NCBI GenBank assembly: GCA_001179505.1
Contig: CDMY01000388.1
Span: forward strand, 26,234 to 90,233
DNA length: 64,000 nucleotides
Source: Vitrella brassicaformis CCMP3155
Taxonomy: Eukaryota > Protista > Chromerida
Reading direction: 5' to 3'
Shown: piece after piece, positions 59,299 to 64,000 of the stretch
Numbering within the stretch: the first letter of the stretch is position 1
Layout of the letters: each line of letters begins with the position of its first letter
Made by a program: the position numbers and the translations under genes
The notes under the pieces: model-generated
The model's input: the letters and a program-made list of their open reading frames with translations, nothing else
What the model was told of the DNA's origin: nothing
Databases searched by the model: none

Positions 59299-62200
59299 AT
59301 GCTGCAGTGTTCGAAGCATCTGGCGCCGCATTTCAAGCGGCTGAGCGGCCTGCCAGCCATGGCCTATGTATCAGTTCTCCAGGGCCGTTTCATCACCACG
59401 ACTCGGCCTCGCTTCCAAAGCGCCCTGGCTGCCGAGGTGCGCCTGTCTGCCACGGCAACACACGACACAATCATCGCTGCATCTGTCCTTGCGCGTGTGC
59501 GTGTGTGTGTGCGGGTGTGTGTTCAGAGTTTTCTGGTCGGCGAGAGCAGCCCCTACATCGAGCAGATGTACGAGCAGTGGAAGAAGGACAACACCTCGGT
59601 GCACGCCTCGTGGCACGCCTACTTCACTAACGTCGCCAACGGCGTCCCATCAGGCCAGGCATTCGTCGCCCCGCCCTCCGTCACGGTGGCCGGAGCGCCC
59701 ATGCAGATGCAGATGCCGCCACACCCCCTGCCGACCCCCGCCCCCGCAACGACCGTCTTCCCACACGCCGTGGGCACGCTCCCATCAGCCGGCAGCCTCA
59801 TGAGCCCTGAGGAGCTCTCGGGCGTCACCCAGACGGTCCACGACACATCGCGGATCATCCAGATGGTGCGGGGGTATCAGAGTAGGGGCCACGAGCTGGC
59901 CAACATCGACCCCTTGGGTCAGCCCCGCCGGCCGCCCTACACGAGTGTGGCGCGCACCGAGGGGCCCATGGGCATCGGGTACAAGTACTACGGCTTCACA
60001 GAGGCCGACCTGGACAAGGTCTATGACTGCCGTGTGCCGGCCATGAGCGGATTCCTATCGCCCGAGCGGTCCCCCCGGACACTGAGGGAGATTGTGCAGC
60101 GGCTGGAGGAGACCTACTGCGGGCCCGTGGGAATCGAATATATGCACATCTCAGGTCACACACACACACACAGAGAGAGGGAGGGGCAGGTTCGTACTTC
60201 AATCAAGTGCATCGTGTGTGTGTGTGTGTGTGTGTCAGACCAGCAGGTTTGCAACTTTGTCCGTCAGGCGGTGGAGACGCCCACCAAGTACCAGATGTCC
60301 CCTGAGCTGCGCAAGAAGATCTTCGTTCGCACCGCACGCGCACAGCTTTTCGAGAACTTCTGCGCAACCAAATTCTCAACCTCAAAGCGATTCGGCCTTG
60401 ACGGCTGCGAGACCCTCATCGTCGGCATGAAGGTCAGCCTGCCAGCTCGAAAGAAGAACGACCCACAGAGCGGCCACAGAGCTCTCGTCTGTCTGTCTGT
60501 CTGTGTCAGGCGGTAGTGAAGAAGGCGTCAAAGGACGGTGTGGACGCGATTGTGTTGGGGATGCCGCACCGGGGCCGTCTCAACATGCTGATGAACGTCA
60601 TGCATAAGCCGATGCAGCAGATGATGGGCGAGTTCCAGGGCGTCACGGGATTCGGCGGCACCGAGTGGGGCAACACCGGCGACGTCAAGTACCACCTTGG
60701 CATCGAGTACGATCACTGGGACCAGGACTCTGGACGGTACGCACAGCCTCCACCCACACAGCCACCCACACACGAGACGTGCAGCCATCCACCCCACCGA
60801 TGTGTCTTGTGTGTGTGTTTGTCGGCAGGTACATCCACATGGGCATCCTTGCCAACCCATCGCACCTGGAGGCCGTCAACCCGCTCGTGGCCGGCCAGGC
60901 GCGCGCGCAGCAGTACTTCTCGGGCGACACCAACCGTGACAAGGTGCTGCCGATCGTGCTGCACGGCGATGCGTCATTCGCCGGCCAGGGGGTCGTCTAC
61001 GAGACCGTCCAGATGTCAAAGCTCCCCAACTACTCCGGTGAGTGAATGGGCGGCTGGGCATGTGGGCGGACACAGAGAGCATAGCATCCTATCTCTCTTG
61101 TGTTGGTTGTGTCTGTGTGTCAGTGGGCGGCACGATTCACATCGTGGCCAACAACCAGATCGGCTTCACGACATACCCCGTCGACAGCAGCAGCGGCAAG
61201 TACTGCACCGACCTCGCCAAGTCCATCGACGCGCCCATCTTCCACGTCAACGCCGACGACCCCGAGGCCGTCACCTTCGTCGCCGAGCTCGCACTCGACT
61301 TCAGACAGAGATTCCACCAGGACGTCTTCATCGACCTTGTCGGGTGGGTGCGTCAAGGGCAGGGGGGAAGGAGAGAGAGAGAGGGGAAAGAGAGGGGGGN
61401 NNNNNNNNNNNNNNNNNNNNNNNNNNNNNNNNNNNNNNNNNNNNNNNNNNNNNNNNNNNNNNNNNNNNNNNNNNNNNNNNNNNNNNNNNNNNNNNNNNNN
61501 NNNNNNNNNNNNNNNNNNNNNNNNNNNNNNNNNNNNNNNNNNNNNNNNNNNNNNNNNNNNNNNNNNNNNNNNNNNNNNNNNNNNNNNNNNNNNNNNNNNN
61601 NNNNNNNNNNNNNNNNNNNNNNNNNNNNNNNNNNNNNNNNNNNNNNNNNNNNNNNNNNNNNNNNNNNNNNNNNNNNNNNNNNNNNNNNNNNNNNNNNNNG
61701 GAGAGAGAGGCCAGGCCAACACGTGGATCGGATCCCTCCCTCCGTTGCCCTGTCCCGTTGTCTGTCTGTCTTGTCTGTCAGGTATCGTCGCTATGGCCAC
61801 AACGAGCTGGACATGCCCAAGTTTACGAATCCCCACATGTACACTTTGATATCGCGCCACCCGCCGGTGCTGGACGTCTACGGGCAGAGGCTTACGGACG
61901 AGGGGCTCATCGACCAGCACTATGTGGAGGACGTCAAGAAGAACATCGTGGACTTCTACACGGGCGAGTACGAGAAGAGCAAAACATTCACCCCCACCGG
62001 CGTCTACGAGTACCAGCCTCAATGGCGACACATGAAAAAGCCACACGGTACGGTTAGTGAATGAGTGAGACAGACAGGGAGAGAGGGACATGACATTCAC
62101 CAGAGCGTCGAGAGAGGAAGATCCCCGCTGTCTCCTTCCCTGTGTGTGGTGTGGTGTGTGTGGTGTGCAGAGTTTGCTCGTCCCCGCTTGACCGGCGTTG

Positions 62201-63918
62201 AGCTGGACATGCTCAAGGACATCGGCATGAAGATCTCCAAGCTCCCCGACGACCTCAACCCACACCCTACCATCGCCAAGACCTATAGGTCCGCCATGGC
62301 AGGCCACACACTCATCCCCCCCAGTCACATCACACAGCACGCCATCCCATCCATCTCATCTGTGTGTCTGTCTGCTCAGGTCTCGTGTTGAGGCCCTCGA
62401 GTCGGGCGAGAACATCGACTTCGGTCTGGGCGAGGCCCTGGCGTACGGCACCCTGCTCACCGACGGCTTCCACGTGCGCCTGACGGGTCAGGACGCGCAG
62501 CGCGGTACCTTCTCCCACCGACACGCCGTGGTCCACGACCAGACCATCGAGAAGACCTACTTCACATTCAGCGCTCTCAAGACGCCCCAGAAACTCGAAA
62601 TCGGCAACAGCAACCTCTCAGAGTTCGCCTGTCTCGGTGAGTGAGGCAAACACTCGAGCCTACGAGGGGGGGACCCACACACGCATTGGTGTGTGTGTTT
62701 CATTCAGGCTTCGAGACAGGTTATGCGCTGGAGCACCCCGACACGTTGAGCATGTGGGAGGCGCAGTTCGGCGACTTCGCCAACGGGGCGCAGGTGGTCT
62801 TCGACCAGTTCATCACGTCTGGCGAGGCCAAGTGGAACAAGCAGTGCGGCATCGTGGTGCTGCTGCCGCACGGCTACGACGGCCAGGGGCCCGAGCACTC
62901 GTCCGCGCGCATCGAGCGGTTCCTCCAGGCGTGTGACGACCGGGAGGACGTCATCCACCCTGAGTCGTGGGACGTGGCCAAGCGATCCGTCATCCAACAG
63001 CACAACATTCAAGTATGGCAGCACCGCATTGCACCGCACACAGGGGGAAGGCACGCATCTGTCTGTCTGTCTGTCTGGTTGGGTGTCATCAGGTTGTGAA
63101 CTGCACGTCCCCCTCGCAGCTGTTCCACGTCTTGCGTCGGCAGATGCACCGCGAGTTCCGCAAGCCACTGATCATCTTCTCGCCCAAGCGGATGCTCAAG
63201 ATGCGCGCAGCATTCTCAACGCTCGACGAGTTCGGCCCGGGCACGCGCTTCTTCCGGCACATCCCCAACGACCGGTTTGGGTCGACTGTGGCGCCGGAGG
63301 AGATGAAGCGGCTGATCTTCTGCTCAGGGCAGGTCTTCTACGACCTTCTGGCCTTCCGCGAGAAGAACCAGCTGCAGCACATCGGCATCTCGCGTGTCGA
63401 GCAGCTCTCGCCATTCCCCTTCGACAGCGTCATTAACGAGATTCAGAAATACCCAAACCTTCAGGACGTCGTGTGGGCGCAGGTCAGCGAGGGAGTGGAG
63501 CCGCTATGTGTGTGTGTCTGTGTGGGCGGACGGCTGGCCATATATATGTGTGTGTGTGTGTGTTTAGGAGGAGCCGATGAACATGGGCCCGTGGTTTTAC
63601 TGCAGCAAGCGGCTGGAGAGTTCGCTGCGGTACATGGGGTGCCCCAACGGCATCCAGCAGCCCATCTATGTGGGCCGTGATGTGTCGTCATCGCCCGCCG
63701 TGGGCGACGCCCGGGTGCACACCGAGGAGCTCAACACCATCCTCAACGACGCATTCGACCTCGACCACAGAGTCAACTCATACTACCACTCGTAATTAAG
63801 CCGACACACACACGCACACACACACACACGCATCCACTCTCTCTCTCTCTCTCTCTCTTTCTCTGTGTGTGTGTGTGTGCATGTGCGTGTGGACAGGTAT
63901 ATCAAGAAGGAGGCCTGA
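59299..63918 (+). CDS. OGDH: 2-oxoglutarate dehydrogenase E1 component, mitochondrial precursor
   Basis: [80 protein letters not shown] motif [84 protein letters not shown]|EEPMNMGPW. The last mini-exon YIKKEA* ends at 63918. Confidence 0.98.
60155..60238 (+). repeat. Example intron with 5' (CA)n and 3' (GT)n complementary microsatellites (pattern recurs across the window)
   Basis: gtcacacacacacacacacagagagagg...atcgtgtgtgtgtgtgtgtgtgtgtcag. Confidence 0.9.
61400..61699. other. Scaffold gap (300 N) inside an OGDH intron, flanked by G/A-rich runs
   Basis: Run of N in the sequence. Confidence 1.
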
Positions 63919-64000
63919 TTGACTGACTTATTGTCCGACAGGCGTCCTAATAGTCCGTGCGTGTGCCTGTCGATGGAGCATAGCATCCGAAAGAGAGAGA

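Noticed and set aside
16021-61699. Four exactly 300-nt N runs
   Set aside because: These are fixed-size scaffold gaps, mostly next to G/C homopolymers. They are assembly artefacts whose true length is unknown.
1-63918. PDK and OGDH as a 2-oxoacid dehydrogenase gene cluster
   Set aside because: They are about 57 kb apart with many unrelated genes between them, so there is no evidence of functional linkage.
81-63986. Many ORF-track entries rich in VCVC, THTH, QTDR, SVCL, MDGW or HPSI
   Set aside because: They are translations of intronic (GT)n, (CTGT)n and (GATG)n microsatellites, and many begin at TTG or GTG. They are not genes.

Overview
This is eukaryotic, intron-rich, GC-rich genomic DNA with microsatellite-filled introns and four 300-N scaffold gaps. 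The gene set (double-AP2 protein, bipartite-targeted TMEM205, PDK/BCKDK, OGDH) and the intron style point to a chromerid alveolate such as Vitrella; this is an inference, not a database match. Confidently recognised genes are a mitochondrial PDK/BCKDK-family kinase (1-2466, -), an inward-rectifier (Kir) channel (9002-11260, -), a double-AP2 protein (11759-13271, -), TMEM205/DUF4149 (13394-14580, +), RBR E3 ligases (40.2-47.9 kb, -), a ~2,400-aa Trf4/TUTase-family nucleotidyltransferase (51442-59130, -) and 2-oxoglutarate dehydrogenase E1 (59299-63918, +). The most unusual items are as follows. (1) An inverted pair of paralogues appears to splice a CK1-like pseudokinase (HRD->HEH, DFG->DLK) onto an F-box/LRR-like module. 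(2) Many introns carry (CA/GACA/GA)n at the 5' end and complementary (GT/CTGT/CT)n at the 3' end, suggesting intron-bridging RNA stems. (3) The Kir channel has no GYG filter. (4) A secreted precursor has five NxT-bearing helical repeats separated by RRL(Q) sites. (5) An RBR ligase has an extra N-terminal RING and sits in a decaying triplication. All gene models were spliced by hand from GT-AG sites and have no transcript support. I found no rRNA, tRNA, CRISPR array or transposon ORF.
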